Assembly: GCF_009834535.1 (NCBI RefSeq)
Contig: NC_045696.1
Coordinates: 17,424,001-17,488,000, forward strand
Direction of reading: 5' to 3'
DNA: 64,000 nt
From: Camelus ferus
Taxonomy: Eukaryota
This document shows, piece by piece, positions 1 through 14,782 of this stretch. The notes under the pieces are model-generated. The model worked only from the letters and a program-made list of their open reading frames with translations. It did not search any database and had not been told where the DNA came from. Numbering within the stretch: position 1 is the first letter of the stretch; each line of letters opens with the position of its first letter. Position numbers and translations under genes: made by a program.

Positions 1-1659
1 TTTTTAATGTAAATACACACATACACACACAGAAAATAACCTAAATCGAACAACAAAAAATAACAGTACCTCGCCTGAGTTGAAATCTCTCTTGTTTTTT
101 CAACTCCAAATCCCAATTATTTCATATAATGATTTTATCTATTTTTAAAAATAAATCTTAAATCAAGGAAGAAGATAATCTAAACTTATACAGTTGGGAA
201 ACTTTGTAAAGGACGACTTGCTATCTTTTTTCCCTCCCAAGTCTGAGGAACATGTATAGAAATGAACTTGAACACCATTGCACAATGTCTTATTAAAATG
301 AATTCCAAAATCTCATTTACTTCATAGTACTTTGTTAACTTATTTTAAAAGTTACTTTAGAGTTTATTTGCTGATAAACCATGAAGAATTTTAATAAATT
401 ACTGATGTTGCCCTTCAGGATTTTTTTTTTAAGTCAGAAATATGCATCTGCAGCTTTTGGATAAAATAGGAATACTTTCCAGTGTAGATAAAGAACAGTA
501 GTCACGTAGGTAATGTCTGAACCACAGTGTGATATATAGCAAAGCAGCATAATATATCACAAGTACAAAACTGAGTACAAAGGACAGCAGTGCTATCAAC
601 TTTGCATTCTGTAATTGATGTCTTGGCAATGCCAGCATGAGTGTCCATTAACATTTCATGTCAGCAGTGTTTCTTGAGGCATTTTAACTATGGGATTTTT
701 TTTTTAAATTATTGGTCAAATCGAGGTATATGAAATGCGTATAAACATATCAACTATGATAAATGTTTTAGTGACTTCCAAAATGCTTTTTCAAGAACAA
801 GTTATTTTATTTGTTTTGCAGAAATAGAGTTAGCTATTTTATCTCGTCTGGTGCACATTATATTTGTATGTAATGTGTTTTCATAGTGTTATAATTACTT
901 ACACTATATTCAGATCTTCGTGCTTAAAATAGATATTTCAAAAATTTATCTGACTTAATCAAAGAAAACATGGTAAGGTTCTTGGCAATTTATATGAGAT
1001 GATCATGTGATATAAGTGTCCAGCACAGTGTCTGATGCTCATTAGATAAGTCTTTTCAATCTCTGTATTGCTAGTTCTTAACTTTTTGGTTCAGGTTCTA
1101 TGGTATTCTAGGAAAAAAACGTTAGTATGACAATATTGTCCCTTTTGCCTTGTATTTAAGACTATCAATTCCCTGGTTCTCAGTAATTTCATTTATACCT
1201 AGGATTTTAGCTGCCATCTTGAGGCTGTTTACAACTTTTAATAAAACTACAGTTTTTCCCTCTTGTATTTACTTATCATTTAAATATTAACTATATGCGT
1301 ATTTTGAGCTTTGCACAATGCTGAACAGATAATACAGTGGGTCAACAAGGCAAATGCATTTCCTATTTTTATGGACATTACATTCATTTGGGCATATCAG
1401 AAAATAAACAAGCATAATCAGGATTTCAACTTTGAACATGGTGTGATGGAAATGTCTGTCAGATATCTAAATGGAAGTGTCAGGAAGATTATTTGATATA
1501 ACTAACCTGAATTCCACTTGTCTGGTCCATTGCCACCACAGGTAGAACATGACCAAACCTAAAGTTGTTATTGCTGACTCAATCTGATAATTTTTACTTA
1601 CAGCCTTTGAGAAAAGTAGCCTTCTTTATTCAGTCAACTAAGAAAATTAGGTATTATTC

Positions 1660-2160
1660 CAGACTCTCTCTACTCCCTACATCTAATTACCGAGACTTCC
1701 AATCCTAACTTCTTAAGGTGTTTGCAGTCTGTTCTTGCCATATTTATGTGTAACCTGGAGTACCATAACAGATTGCAAACTGACCTACCTGGTTTCTTTA
1801 TTAGGTTCTTCAAAGGGTCTTCCTCCAATGCAGATTTAGGCAGATCACTTGCCTGATTAAAACATGAATAATCACCACTTTATGTACCAAATACAAATGC
1901 CATAGAATGGACCAAAACCCCTTCCATTATCTGGGCCTGTTTTTACCTCCAACTATGTCTCTTACTTGTCTTTATCTAGAACTTCTTGCTTCAGCCACAG
2001 TAAAGTTATTTTAGGTCCCTAAACTTCTGAATGTCATATTAATTCACTTAGGATATTATCTTTGCCTTGAATTTCCTTTTTACAGTCTTCACTTTTCCAG
2101 CTCATCTCATGTATCACTCCTTCACTGGTTTCTTTCCTACTTCCTGCTGATCATATTATC
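1660..2160 (+). mobile_element. Degraded L2 LINE fragment
   Basis: Pyrimidine-rich L2-like motifs (acctggagtaccataacag, gcagatcacttgcctgattaaa, cttcagccaca); boundaries approximate. Confidence 0.5.
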
Positions 2161-5100
2161 GGTTATTAACCTACTGTCTTAGAATATATGGAGTAGTGAC
2201 TAATGGGTTGTATTATTATGATTGTGCAATGGATAGCACATCTGACTCTACTGGGTTCTGTGCACTGGGAGAATTCTTCTATGAGACAACATTTCTCCAT
2301 AGCATCCTCCTTATAGCTGGCACTGGCATTCTTTATTCTGAGCCCTTAAGTTGGCATAATGAGAAATTGGTCAGTTTGGTTTGACTTTGGCATTGACTAA
2401 TGATCACCAAATTAACTAGATTTGACTATATACATTCTTCATAGACTTTGAGCATTTTTACCACGATTACAGTCTACCTGGGCACCAATCATTTCACAAA
2501 TCATACCTGAAAACCTTTTCTTGGTGTGTAGCTATCTTGTCCAATCCACCCCCAATTATCCATTCCTGACCACTCAGGATCCTAACAGAAAGTAAAGTAG
2601 TCTCCCAACATTTAGTAACATGTGTCCTGTAATTGTCTCACTCATCCTAACTTACGGCCTTTCAGAAGCTTCTTTGCCACTGGTAGGCAAATTCTTCATG
2701 TTTTTGTTTTGGTTTTTTTTTTCAGATTTATTTTTTACTGAGGTAACATTGATTTATAACATAAGTTGTATATATTCTTAGTGCAAATTCCTGAGTAAAG
2801 AAATCTACATTGGTGATATTTTTTATCCAAGCATGATGACATAGTCACTATTCCTATGGATCACACATCCTTCTCAGCTGATCACTGTGATTATGAAGGT
2901 GAAGTTCTGGGTTAAGTGATATAAAATGTGGCAAACTGAAGAAATAGGGCATGTAGAAGTATAGAGTGGAAAAGAGGCAAAACATCAATGGTTTTCCTTA
3001 GAAGGTGATATGATAAAAAATAATTCCTGTTTGGTTTTATAAAGTTTATATTTAAAATATGCTGTTCTGTTCTCATTTTTTCAAGATCCTGGTTCATGTC
3101 TGATTCACAACTCTGTAGTGTTCAATATAGGAATCATAAAGAAGGGAAGAAAACTATAATGTAGTCTTCATAATGACTATCATAATATTAGGAAATGATC
3201 AGCATTAATACAAAAATGGAAAACTACCTTTGCAAGTTTATCACAAGTATTTACAAGCATATTTTCAAGTGTATTTCCTTGAAGTTTTCAAATACTGAAT
3301 TCAGACATTACTTATACAAAGGAAAAAAGTTGTAAAGCAGAATTTAATTAAGTAGTTAAATCTCTCCTATTACATATTTGATCAAATGACTTTTGTTCTG
3401 ATCTACCTATTAAACGTTAAGACAATAATTTTAAAAACGAAGTAATTAGGATCTAATCACAGCATGCTTCACTTTGTATAAAATGTGAATACTGTTTTAA
3501 AAATAGTGACATTGACAAGAAATTGATCATAATTTTGGAACACTTCTGGTCAATTCTTACCCCACTTTCAGCATCTTGTTTATATTATTTGCGTGTTAGT
3601 TCTCTTAGAATGAGGATACAAAAATGTGAGATGGGCAGGTTGAGAGATGATTGATTCAAATATTATAGGCAGATAAGAACATTTACTTAGTATATATACA
3701 TATATTGCAAATGAAAAATAATGAGATCAGAAATAAGAAACATATACATTTTCCTAATTAAATCCACAAAATTTCACGTATTCTTTTTGCCTTCCTTGCT
3801 TTCAACACATGGTTTCTTTACTTGGATTACAATAGAGCAATGGAATATGAACCATAGTAGCAAAGGAAAAAAATTCACATTAATTATTTTCATAAAGAAT
3901 TGAAATCTGTTCACAGTTAACATTTATATAACTAGAATGGGTGGACATGGGATTGGAATCCTGGCACACAACATAGAAATTATAAAGAAGATTTAAAGGA
4001 TACACTTCTAAGACAGGGTGTGAACAGCTTTGACTTGCTGGTTATAGTTATTGCATACATTGGTCTTCCAGTGAGAGTTAGTATTAAATATTTTTTTCTG
4101 ATGCAGAACACTTTAACATCTGAAGATCATCTAATTGTGGTAACAACCACTGACTATCCTGAAGCCTGGCAGGGCCATTTGTCATCACCTGAGCTACTGC
4201 ATTGCTCAGTGTGCAACCAGATGTGAATGTGGTCATACTACTGAGATTCAACCATTCTTAGGAAGATGTAGAAGCGTGGAAACACTTGCCCTCCTATAGG
4301 GAGTTTGAGATTGATCCAATAAACATATTACTTGTAGCAAAAATGCAGTATTTTAGATTATTATGTATCTTATTTTGCATTTTCTTATGCTTAATGCCAT
4401 CTGTGGTAATTTACAATTCAATATAAAAAAGATGAGTCTGCAGATAACATAAGGTTTGTATTTCAGTACCTTCAGGCATTGGGAAAACCATGCACATGAC
4501 ACATATTTTTTAAATCAAGCTATGAAAGAGATCATATATATATGAAATCTCTAGAGAAAAATCTAGATAGGATTCATAAAGATTATTTTAAATTGATTAA
4601 TAGTAGAATTTCTCTAGTGCTTATTAACTCCAGTAAACCTAATTTTTAATAGAATGATTCTTTTTCATATTTTCTTAACATTTTGATGAATATACTTTCC
4701 AATTAAAAAAAAACCTTTCAGTTAATTTCTACTATAATTTACCCTGGGAATGCTTCTTATATTTTACTCCAAAATGCTATAAGAATGATATGTCTAAATA
4801 ATTTAGACATGACTTGCTTTTAAATTCTATATATTAATTAATATGTACATCAACTTAAGTAGCTGAGCCTTATGTAGTATTTCCCCACTTTAAAAATGAT
4901 ATTTAGGTTCATGTGATAAAATACAATTTTATGGAGAAAAGTTAATAGGGAAGTTATTTCACTTCTATATATTATACCCTAACCTACAATATTTATCAGC
5001 AAACTAGAAAAAGAAAAGGAAAAAATGCCTCTTATCTGTAAAAAGAAAGTAAAATAAAGTGTTACAAAAGACAAGGAGGCCATATGGAAATATTCTTACC

Positions 5101-6104
5101 TCTCTTTCTTAGCATTTGGACTCTATGATATTTTAAATCACATTTATCCCCTTGGGATAGAACAAGTAAGAACTGACCAGGGGATCAATTCTCTAGCCTT
5201 TTAGATTAGTATAAGGATAAACCTAAGTTACTGAAGTGAAGAATATATATATGTATTTCAGACCAGGAAAATGATGGAAAAGCCATTTGTAAGGAGTGAG
5301 GAAACATATTAGATATTGAGAGAAATCTGATTTTTGTTGGGCAAGCCATGCCTAGAAATTTTCTACGGTGAAATAGTTTCTCAGGTTTCACTAGCTATGG
5401 ATAACAGAATTCCAAAGCACTCCTTCCCTTAAATGGAGGTGGCCAGCTCACCAAATTACTTAGTTCTTGAATATAAACTTCAAAATGTCATTAATCACAG
5501 GCTGTGAATCTTTGTCTTTTCCCTTTCAATACTTAGGACAAGCACTGTAATCTACACTTCTATATTATTCCCTGTGTTGTCTGGCTTGGTATGAATCAAA
5601 TGAATGCTCAGTCGAGTGATTCTTGTTGACTTAAGAGTCTAGATTTCACTAAATGAACAATGTAGTTGAATATATAATAACTGTAGTTGTTTTGGGAATC
5701 CACATTCTCCTCTTCTGAATAAATTAGTAATTCTCTTTCATAATTTGTAGTGAACACACACACACTCAAACACACACATCTGATTTTGTAACAGAAATGA
5801 GGTCTCCTAAAAATGCCAATTTCTAATTGATTATTTCCAAGTTAGATTAACTTTTGCACAATTAATTGTTCAGCTGCCCATATCAGAAATTTAAAGTTAC
5901 TTTAAATAAGGACTCTGACACATTCCTGACATTTAAAGAAACATATGTTCTATATTATTTCTATAAGCCTCCTTAATTTGTAACTCCAGCTCCCAGGCTT
6001 TGGTTAATGTCTATCACTTTTTGCCTGGTCAGTTAAAATAGCCTCTTATTTGATCTTTTGGCCTCTAATTTTGATTTCCCCCACAACTCACTGTGGCTAT
6101 AAAT

Positions 6105-6318
6105 ACCAAAGAGCTCCCTTTCCTTTCTGCCATGTGAAGACATAGCAAGAAGATGTCCACTTATGAACTAGGAAGCAAGTTCTCACAAGACGTTGAATCT
6201 GCTTGTACCTTGATCTTGGATTTCCCAGAATCTAGAACTATGAGAAATAAATTTCTACTGATTACAAGCCACCCCATCCATGATACTTTGTTATAGCAGC
6301 CTGAAGACAGACTAAGAT
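6105..6318 (+). mobile_element. MaLR LTR (MLT1A/MST-like), 3' half
   Basis: gccatgtgaagacatagcaagaag...accttgatcttggatttcccag...agaaataaatttct...tttgttatagcagcc...gactaaga, typical MaLR LTR end. Confidence 0.8.
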
Positions 6319-7520
6319 CATGAACCATCCTTACAGTTGACAATTTGAAGGAAAAAAAATGAGAGGTTGCATTTTGACATTATGTCTTGCATATGCTGTA
6401 CCATTGGAGGCCATTGTAAGAATTTTTTTTTCTATTTAATCACGTAAATCTTACCTGAAATATACAAATTTAATAAGTTAGCTGACAGGAGAGAACGCTT
6501 CCTCTCATGAGTTGTAGTTGTCCACTACCATGGCAGTGTGGTCATACCTCAAAGGGCTTAGTTTTTGGTTGTTACAGCAAAGAATCCGCCTCTTTTCCCA
6601 TGAAATGGTCTTGAGGTCAGAGCTCTAATAAAGTGTATATGGGGAATGGGCCATCTATGTGGCATTGTCTGAGGAAAGCTAAAATGCTTGCTGATTTTTT
6701 TAATAATATTCAAGAGACTGAAATTCTTGTCATTGGTGTTACTAATGCAGATTTGTAGTGGCATTGACTCCAAAAAGCTGCAGAGACAATGCAATAAGTT
6801 AAATGCTGGCTTCTGAAGTGAATAATAGATTTGTTTCAGTTGATTTAAAATTTTAGGTAATTTTTATATTGAGCTCTAAGAGAATTAAATCAAGGATGAT
6901 CAATTTTCCAAAAAATAAGTGCATAGGAACAAGATAGACTATTGGAGTGTGAATTATGAGCTTCTCAGTCAATATGAAAAATGATGAATTTTCTAATGTC
7001 CCTGGACAGAGACAAATGAGAAAAGGAAAGCTAAAAATGAAATGAGAATAAGGATTTTTGTCAGTATTAGTCAGGAGGTAGTGAGTATCAAACTGGATAA
7101 GGAAAGAAAAAAAAATTGAACAGATAAAAGAGAAGATCTACAACAAGAACTTTTATAAATAATGAAAGCACTTAAATGAGTATTAGAAAATAAAGCAAAA
7201 CATTTTTATTTCCCTCTTGGTAATTTTTAAGTATTTTGATGGAATTTCATTCTAGCAATATTTTTAAATGTATATTTTCTGACTAATCTTTGCTTCAATC
7301 TTAAAGGATTTGAGAGTTCATTAGTTTGTGATCAGGTAGTAACCACGTGTTCTTTGAAGTAAATTATGCTTCAGCTTTATATTCATTGAAGTTACTGAAT
7401 GCCCAAATGTTTCTATACTAAATGCTTTTTTTGTTCCTTGGTTGGAGAGCTGTTTAGTCTAAAAGTTTATTCCTTTGTCTTCTCCAAAAACAACATGAAA
7501 TTCCTTAGGCCAGTAACCAC

Positions 7521-7920
7521 TGTCAAATGACAAAACTAAAATAATTTAGTAACAAATTTGATGTCCTTTAATCAAAAGAAAACAATCCATGGATTGGGTG
7601 AAATCAATGCCTTACAAGCAGTGGAGAGATTTTGAATAAGATCAAATTTTATAAAGTATTAAGTGAGGCAACACAGAAACAGAGCATGACTGGTTAGGAT
7701 GTAAGAAAATTTTTTTTTTATAAAGCTAGTCGGTCCTAATTTTTAGGGCAAAGTAAGGAAGCTAAAGCTGCAGTTGGAGGATTGTGACTGGTATATGTTA
7801 GCTTTCCTTGGCAATGTTTCCCATAAATGCAAGTTAACTTAGGTTTGGATTTGTGACGACGGCCTGGTCACCAGAGTGGCCTCCATTGTGCAGGCTCTGA
7901 CTTACAAATTAACTTTATCA
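7521..7920 (-). mobile_element. Probable old ERV1-type solo LTR
   Basis: 400 bp bounded by TG...CA with LTR-like composition; family not identified, TSD not clear. Confidence 0.4.
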
Positions 7921-8749
7921 CCCTCAGTCTCTGCTCCTTGGAGGTTCCCACGGTGGACGAGAAAGGTATGGAGAAATTGAAGCACTAACTACCCCTTCAG
8001 CACTACAGCCAGAGGCATTGCAGACTATTCTATTGTTAGGCTTCCTCACAGTATTTGTGACCACAATTTTCCATGCTGCATAAATTTAAAAATCAATACT
8101 ATAAGTTTGAAAGTCAATATTCTAAGGCAGAGAAGGTAAAATGGCATGGAAAATCAAGATGCAAACTGCAGACAAGGTGTTTTGGTTTATTATTATTTTT
8201 TTTGTCTTGTACAGTGTTTTTAATATTGCCAATTTAGACACAAAGAGGTTGCATTCTCAGCTTCTTAAACAAAAGAAAAGAAAGAAAAGAAAGAAATATC
8301 TGGCCATACATGTGTTGCATTCTCCTAATGCAATAACTAGCTGAATCAAAGCACCCACTGCCCACATTAGAAAGAATTTGCATTCTGACTCCCCCTCCTC
8401 CCATAAGCATTGCTATCACTTAAAACTCTTTGTGGCCTGCCAGCCTTACTTATTTTTGTTATTTATAAAGTTCCAGTGTACAGTTGGATTTGGTAATTGC
8501 TAGGTTATTATCTTTTAAATGAATTGTGAATCAGCAAGTAAAATATACTGCATCTAAAATTTGGGAATGAGAACAAGGTTGATAATTGAGAATCGTTTTC
8601 TTTTTTCTTTTTCTTTTGCAGTGGATAAAAAAAAAACTAGATATAAACTTAAGTACTTAAGCAAAATCTTAATAACCAAATTATAATTTGAGCTGCCATT
8701 CTTCTAGGGTTATGGAAGATTAATCTCACTCAAGTTGGGTTCCCTTTCT

Positions 8750-9199
8750 ATTATTTATTTAATTGAAATATAGTCAGTTTACAATGTTGTGTCAATTTCT
8801 GCTGTACGCAACATGTTTCAGTCATACATGTACATACATATATTCTTTTTCATTATAGGTTTCTAAAACATATTGAATATAGTTCCCTGTGATATACAAT
8901 AAAACTTGTTGTTAATCTATTTTATATATAGTAGTTAGCACCTGCAAATGTCGAGTTCCCCAACTTACCCTTCTAACCGCCTTCCCCCCACCATTAACCA
9001 TAAATTTGTTTCTATGTCTGAGTCTGTTTCTGTTTTGTAAATAAGTTCATTTGCACCTTTTTTTTGTTTGTCTGATTCACATATGAGTGATATCATATGG
9101 TATTTTTCATTCTCTTTCTGGCTTACTTCACTTAGAATGACGATCTGTACATTCATCCATGTTGTTGCAAATAGCATTATTTTATTCTTTTTATGGCCA
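8750..9199 (-). mobile_element. 5'-truncated lineage-specific L1 3' end with 13-bp TSD
   Basis: L1 3'UTR and ORF2 tail (minus-strand ORF FATTWMNVQIVILSEVSQKENEKYHMISLIC); TSD GGGTTCCCTTTCT at 8737-8749 and 9200-9212. Confidence 0.92.
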
Positions 9200-10367
9200 G
9201 GGTTCCCTTTCTTTACCTCTAAGTTTTTAATAGTCTGAGTAATAATTAGGGTGTCCTAATTAGGGCTCATTTTTCTTTCAAATAATCCATCTATATGGGA
9301 ATCATCTGAGACTTATGTCACTCATCTGTACAGGTCACCACTGATCTGATCCTTTTTCATGCCTGCTGTTCCTTTGAGGAGTGACCTTCCATGCCAGGCT
9401 TTAGGGCATCAGCAACATTGGCTAGATTCTTGGTCAGTCCAGGGCATTGGTAAGTGGTGAGGCTACTGATTACCCTATCTGCTTTCTTCTGTGTCACACT
9501 CATTCTCAGAAGCAGTGAACACAGTCTGAGTGCTTTAATGGAACAGAGAGAGAACTACTGAGAAAAGGATAAAAAAAAAAATCCAGTTTCCCCTACAAAC
9601 AGAACTCAAAATTCATAAAATTGCACTGATTAAATCGCATCATTCCTAACTTCCTTTAGGTAACGTCCCTCTGTGCCAGGAGCCCAAATATAGTTACCAA
9701 AGCTCCACAATACAAAGGGATAAGGAAACTAATCAGCATGTAATTTGAATGGAATATGACATGTTGGCTATTATCTGTGTGATTACTATTTCCATTATAT
9801 AGTTATTCCTGTTCTTGGGTCTCAATCCCCATCATGAAGCTCAGGAGGATTGACTGGTCTATCTTCCTTCTTGGAACTTGTTACTCTTCACAATCTCTCA
9901 TCCACTCTCTGATGTCTTGTTTTAAATACACTGGATCCACTGGGCACATACTGCTTACTCCCTGTACCTGATGATAAATGCACTATAATTTAGGAACTTT
10001 TGCTGATGCTGTCATTCCCTTGAAAATTCTGGGCTTCTGTCTACCAGGAGGTGTCAAGCCACTTATCCTATTGGTTAGTTGCCTCCCCCTAGTAAGTAAT
10101 GGAGGCCCCGGGGCTATGCAGCAGTCGTTCTAGGATTCCTTAAGTCTCTCTCCCATTCGTTGTTGCAGCTTTCTCAGACCTTCTCCTACCAGTTCAATAT
10201 CCACATCCATCTCTGCCCTTACCTCCTTTTTACAGATGTGTTCATTAATTTCGTCAATAGAATAAAAGCCGTTAGGAAGAAAATAATTTCCTACTGTTGA
10301 ATCTTCTAAACTACTTGTATTCATCCCACTTTTTTTTTTAATTCTCTCCTCTTATAAAGACAAAGAT

Positions 10368-10523
10368 ACATTACAAGAATGTAATATACAATGCAGGGGA
10401 TATAGGCAATAGTTTATAATAACTGTGTATAAAGTATGGTCTATAAAAATATCAAGTTACTATGTTGTACACCTGAAACTAATATAATACTGTAAGTCAA
10501 CTATACTTCAATTAAAAAAAAAA
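10368..10523 (+). mobile_element. Short L1 3' end with polyA, inserted in L2-like sequence
   Basis: actatgttgtacacctgaaactaatataatactgtaagtcaactatacttcaattaaaaaaaaaa. Confidence 0.8.
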
Positions 10524-10584
10524 GGATGGAGAAATATCTTGACCTCTCTAGAGTTAATACTTCTACATACCTCTGTATTCCATT

Positions 10585-10840
10585 GTATCTTAGACTTATC
10601 TGGCTACGGCAACAAAATATAATAGACTGGGTAGGTTTATCACAACAGAAATTTACTTCACACAGTTCTAGAGGCTGGGAGGCCATTGTCAGGGCGCCAG
10701 CGCGATCAGGTCACGGTGAAAGCCCTCTTTCAGATTGCAGATATGCTTAAAAGATAGTTTGGCCCTCTGGCCTCTCCTTCATGAGGATTCATCTTTGTGA
10801 GCTAAATTTCCTCCTAAAAGCCCCACTTCCATATACCAAC
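10585..10840 (-). mobile_element. MaLR LTR (MLT1A-like) fragment
   Basis: caacagaaatttacttcacacagttctagaggctggga...ggtgaaagccctctttcagattgcaga...cctcctaaaagccccacttcc. Confidence 0.75.
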
Positions 10841-12404
10841 CTAACCACCCCCTCCACACTTGTCTGCAATAGAAATCATTTCTGTGGACTGCATCTGAAT
10901 GAATCTCCCTTATCAGTGAATATACTACACTTTTATTTCATTGCATTTCTAATTATCTCCAAACTGTGATTTTATAACATAACCATATATTCCATGGTGT
11001 TTATTAGCGACTCTTCAGCTTATAGAACAACATATTAATGAAACTGAAAGAATAAAAGGACAAATAATATAACATAATCTCTTTCTGCTTATATCAGTTT
11101 TCTCCCAGATCCCAGCATACCACAGTTGAGTCTTCATTCTTATAACTAACCTTTATAGGCCACAAAAATGGTGCATGATAGATCTCAAAAGACATTAAAA
11201 ATCAAGTAGTAGATGGTGTCGAATATTAGGACATGCAATTTGTTAGTAAATGGAGAGTGAATGGGAAGTTTTAAGTAGTCATCATTAAAAAGATGCCAAA
11301 ACCATGAGCTTAGATTCTAAGCTCAGTCTAGTCAATCTGAAATGACCACTGCATTAATGACATTCTTAGTAGAAATGTGTGAGTAGTCTAATCCTTGAAT
11401 TAGTTAACAGAGGACACTATGAAATCAGGATGTTGGAATATTCTCTGCACTTATTAACTTGGCAGATGACATTAAATAAGAGGGGAGCCTCGGTAGCTAA
11501 ATGTGTGGAAGATAAAAAATCGCCACACAAAGTGACCTTGTTGAATGGAAAAACACATGGAAAAAAATGCAGTCACGATAAGATGAGGGGAGTATATCTG
11601 AAGAGAAAAATAATTTTTCATTGCAAAAATACAAGAAATGCAAGGGTGGCAGAAAAATAGCTAAGTGTCATAAGAGACAATAAACTAAACACGATCAGGG
11701 ATGCAGCCCTGGGGAAAGCAAACACAGTGCTGAATTCTTAAACAGGAGCCCTGCTCTGAGACACCATGAGGTAATTCTCATATTATTTTCAGCAGTGACT
11801 TGTTTTTGTAATCAAAATTAATGCTGTGTGGGAAATGCAGGGAGAGTTCAGAAGAAGGCAATGGAGACAGTTTAAGGTTTAAAATTTATTATAAAGAAAA
11901 GGCAAAGAAAAGGATTACTCTGAGGGTGACAACACTGAGAGAAGACACATGGGAATATATAGCACATAACAGCTCCCCTGTGAAGGATGGTGCCCAGGTG
12001 ATCTCCACCAAACCCAATCCCACAGAAAGAGTGTAAAGACCAACATACAAACATAGGCAAAATATAGTGAGAATTTACCCTAGACTAGCAGGAGAAGCTA
12101 CAAAGATAAAAATTAAAATTGATTTTTCTTTGAATGACTTAAATAAAATCCTATCCAAAGAGAGACTAAATTGCCTTCAATTTACTCCTATCTTCTTAGA
12201 AATGTGGATGCTATTATTTTAATATTGATTCTGACAAGCTGTTAAAAAAGCAATAATCTCCAGGATAGAGCTTTATAAAAAGTACAAATAATAACAGTGA
12301 GTACAAAGCCAGATAGTGTGTTACACTGAGTCAGATATAGCCCAGGGCAATAAGCACCAGCTTTAGAGACCTTAGACATGGAGATAACAATTTGCAGTGA
12401 TGAC

Positions 12405-12615
12405 ACTTACTTTGCCAGGTGCCAGGCTGAGCGCACTGATGGCACTGCTGTTGTTAATTTTCTTAGTGACTCCTTGTGTAGATACCATTACCATCTCCAG
12501 TTTACAATGTGGAAATTGAGGTTTATTAGATGAAGCACCAGGCCCACAGCCACGTAACGAAGTCCTGTTATTCCAACTTGTATTTATCTGACACTGAAAC
12601 CCATGATCTCAACCA
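12405..12615 (-). mobile_element. MIR SINE
   Basis: MIR core: gtagataccattaccatctccagtttacaatgtggaaattgaggttt...tctgacactgaaaccc. Confidence 0.65.
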
Positions 12616-13347
12616 GAAACAATATTAAGGCTTAAGTAAAGATTTAATTCATTTTATTTTTTTCTATTTTCCCCACTGTTGCTCCAGAACCAGGCCCATG
12701 GTAGTTGTGTGATGAATATTGGTTAAAAGACTATTAAAAATAATGTATTTTTGGAAATATAAGGAGACAATTCAGAAAATGCAAAGAAATCTATGTAAAC
12801 AGAGGAATACAATTTTAAAGGATGTTAAATTTGGTGGTTAGACTGATACTCTTCATATCAAATACTTTAGTGTTAAATTATGTTTTCTGTGTCCTAATAA
12901 TCTTCACTTTTACAATTTATAAAACATACATATTTTTTATAATATGGCAGCATGTGAATGGTAAAGGAAGGGGGACAAGCATTTGTTAATTCTATGAATT
13001 CAATTAATTTCATCCAAATAATAAAGAGAAAAGTTACTTAAAGCTGAGAAGCAACATATAATTTATAATAAATTATGTCCACACTTTTAAAATAATTAAA
13101 ATATAAATCTGTTAAATCTAAAAATACATTATATTCAAAAAATGCAAAGATGCTTGGGAAAACATTACTTTTGACATAACATTGTTCATAAATGTCTGGA
13201 TTTGTTTGTTTTTCTCTCTCTTTTTTTTTTAAACTTAAAAGGACTGCACTAAAAATAATAGTTTTACCCTTTACAGTCTTGGATACATGACATGAGAAAT
13301 AAGGGACAGACTTCACCCTTGAAAATAAGTGAAAAAATTTTGAGAAC

Positions 13348-13937
13348 TGTATGAGTCAAGGTTCTCCAGAGAAACAGAACAAATAGGAGATAAATAGATA
13401 CACAAACACACACACACACGCATATATATACACACTCTTTATATACATATTTTATATAGATTATCTAGATTTAGATCTATCTATCTATTTTTCCATCTAT
13501 ATCTATTTATCTAGAGAGAGAGAGAGAGATTGATTTAAGAAATTGGCTCATGTGATCATTGTGGAAGCTTGGTGGTGAATCCAAAATCTGATAAAAGAGG
13601 TTGTGAGGCTGGAGACTCAGAAAAAGTTGTAGCTTATGTCTGAAGGCAGTCTTCTGATCAATCTGGAAGAACCAATACTGCAGATAAACCCAAGTGCAGT
13701 CTGCTGGCTGAATCCCCTCATGCTCAGGTGAGGTCAGCCTTTGGATTTATTTTGGCCTTTAACATATTGGAGGCCTAACCTACAAGTTGTGGAGGACAAT
13801 CTACTTTTCTCAAAGTCCACCAATTTAAATATAAATCTCATCCAAAACCAGTCTCATGGAAAGATCTAGAATGATGTTTGATTAAATATCTAGGCACTAT
13901 GGCTCAGCCAAATTAATATATAAAATTCACCACCACA
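13348..13937 (-). mobile_element. ERVL solo LTR (MLT2 family) with internal microsatellites
   Basis: Starts tgtatgagtcaaggttctccagagaaacagaac, ends agccaaattaatatataaaattcaccaccaca; flanks agaac/agagc resemble a 5-bp TSD; (CA)n,(TCTA)n,(GA)n inside. Confidence 0.85.
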
Positions 13938-14281
13938 AGAGCACTATTTGCTTTTGAAAGAAACACAACTCTCCTATGTCGTTGCATCCTTAATTATTCA
14001 CTTTTAGAAAAATGCATAGGGCAGATTTATTTATTTGTTTATCATCTGAGACAGGCATACATTTTCTGCATCATCTCGGTTTTGATATTATATCTTTAAC
14101 GTCAGCTGATATTAAGCTGGTTTCTCTAATATTTCTGTAATATTTGCCATATCTGCACATTGACTGAAGAGATAAAAGTCTTAGTTACACCAGGGGCTGA
14201 GAAAGCTAATAAGCACAACTTCTCAGCAAGTTCTCTGTGTCCACTCATGGTTCTCTTGTTCTTTTTCTTTCCTCTGTGTTC

Positions 14282-14782
14282 TTTTTTTCTCAGTTTTTAT
14301 TTGAAGTATAGTCAGTTTACAATGTTGTGTCAGTTTCCGGTGTACAGCATAATGTTTCAGTCATACATATACATATATATATATACATACATATATACAT
14401 ATACATACATATATTCCTTCTTATAGTCTTTTTTATTATAGATTACTAACAGTTATTGAATATAGTTCTCTGTGCTATACAGTAGAAACTTGTTTATCTA
14501 TTTTATTTATAGTAGTTAGTATCTGGAGATTTTTAACTCCCAACTTATCCTTTCTTATCCCTCTTCTCCCCTGGTAACCATGAGTTTCTTCTCTGTATTT
14601 GGGAGTCTGTTTCCTTGTAAATAAGTTAATTTGTGTCTTTTTTTTTTTTAATATTTCATATATAAGCGATACCATATGGTATTTCTCTTTTTCTTTATGG
14701 CTTATTTCACTTATAATGACAATCTCCATGTTCATCCATTGTTGCTGCAAATGGCATTATTTTATTATTTTTATTTTTATGG
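14282..14782 (-). mobile_element. 5'-truncated lineage-specific L1 3' end
   Basis: Same family as 8750-9199; minus ORF WMNMEIVIISEISHKEKEKYHMVSLI = ORF2 tail; internal (TA/TACA) microsatellite. Confidence 0.9.

Noticed and set aside
4095..4330. Acceptor-like ttttttctgatgcAG followed by AATAAA near 4318, a possible terminal exon
   Set aside because: Such motifs are common in AT-rich DNA; no linked exons or coding signal seen.
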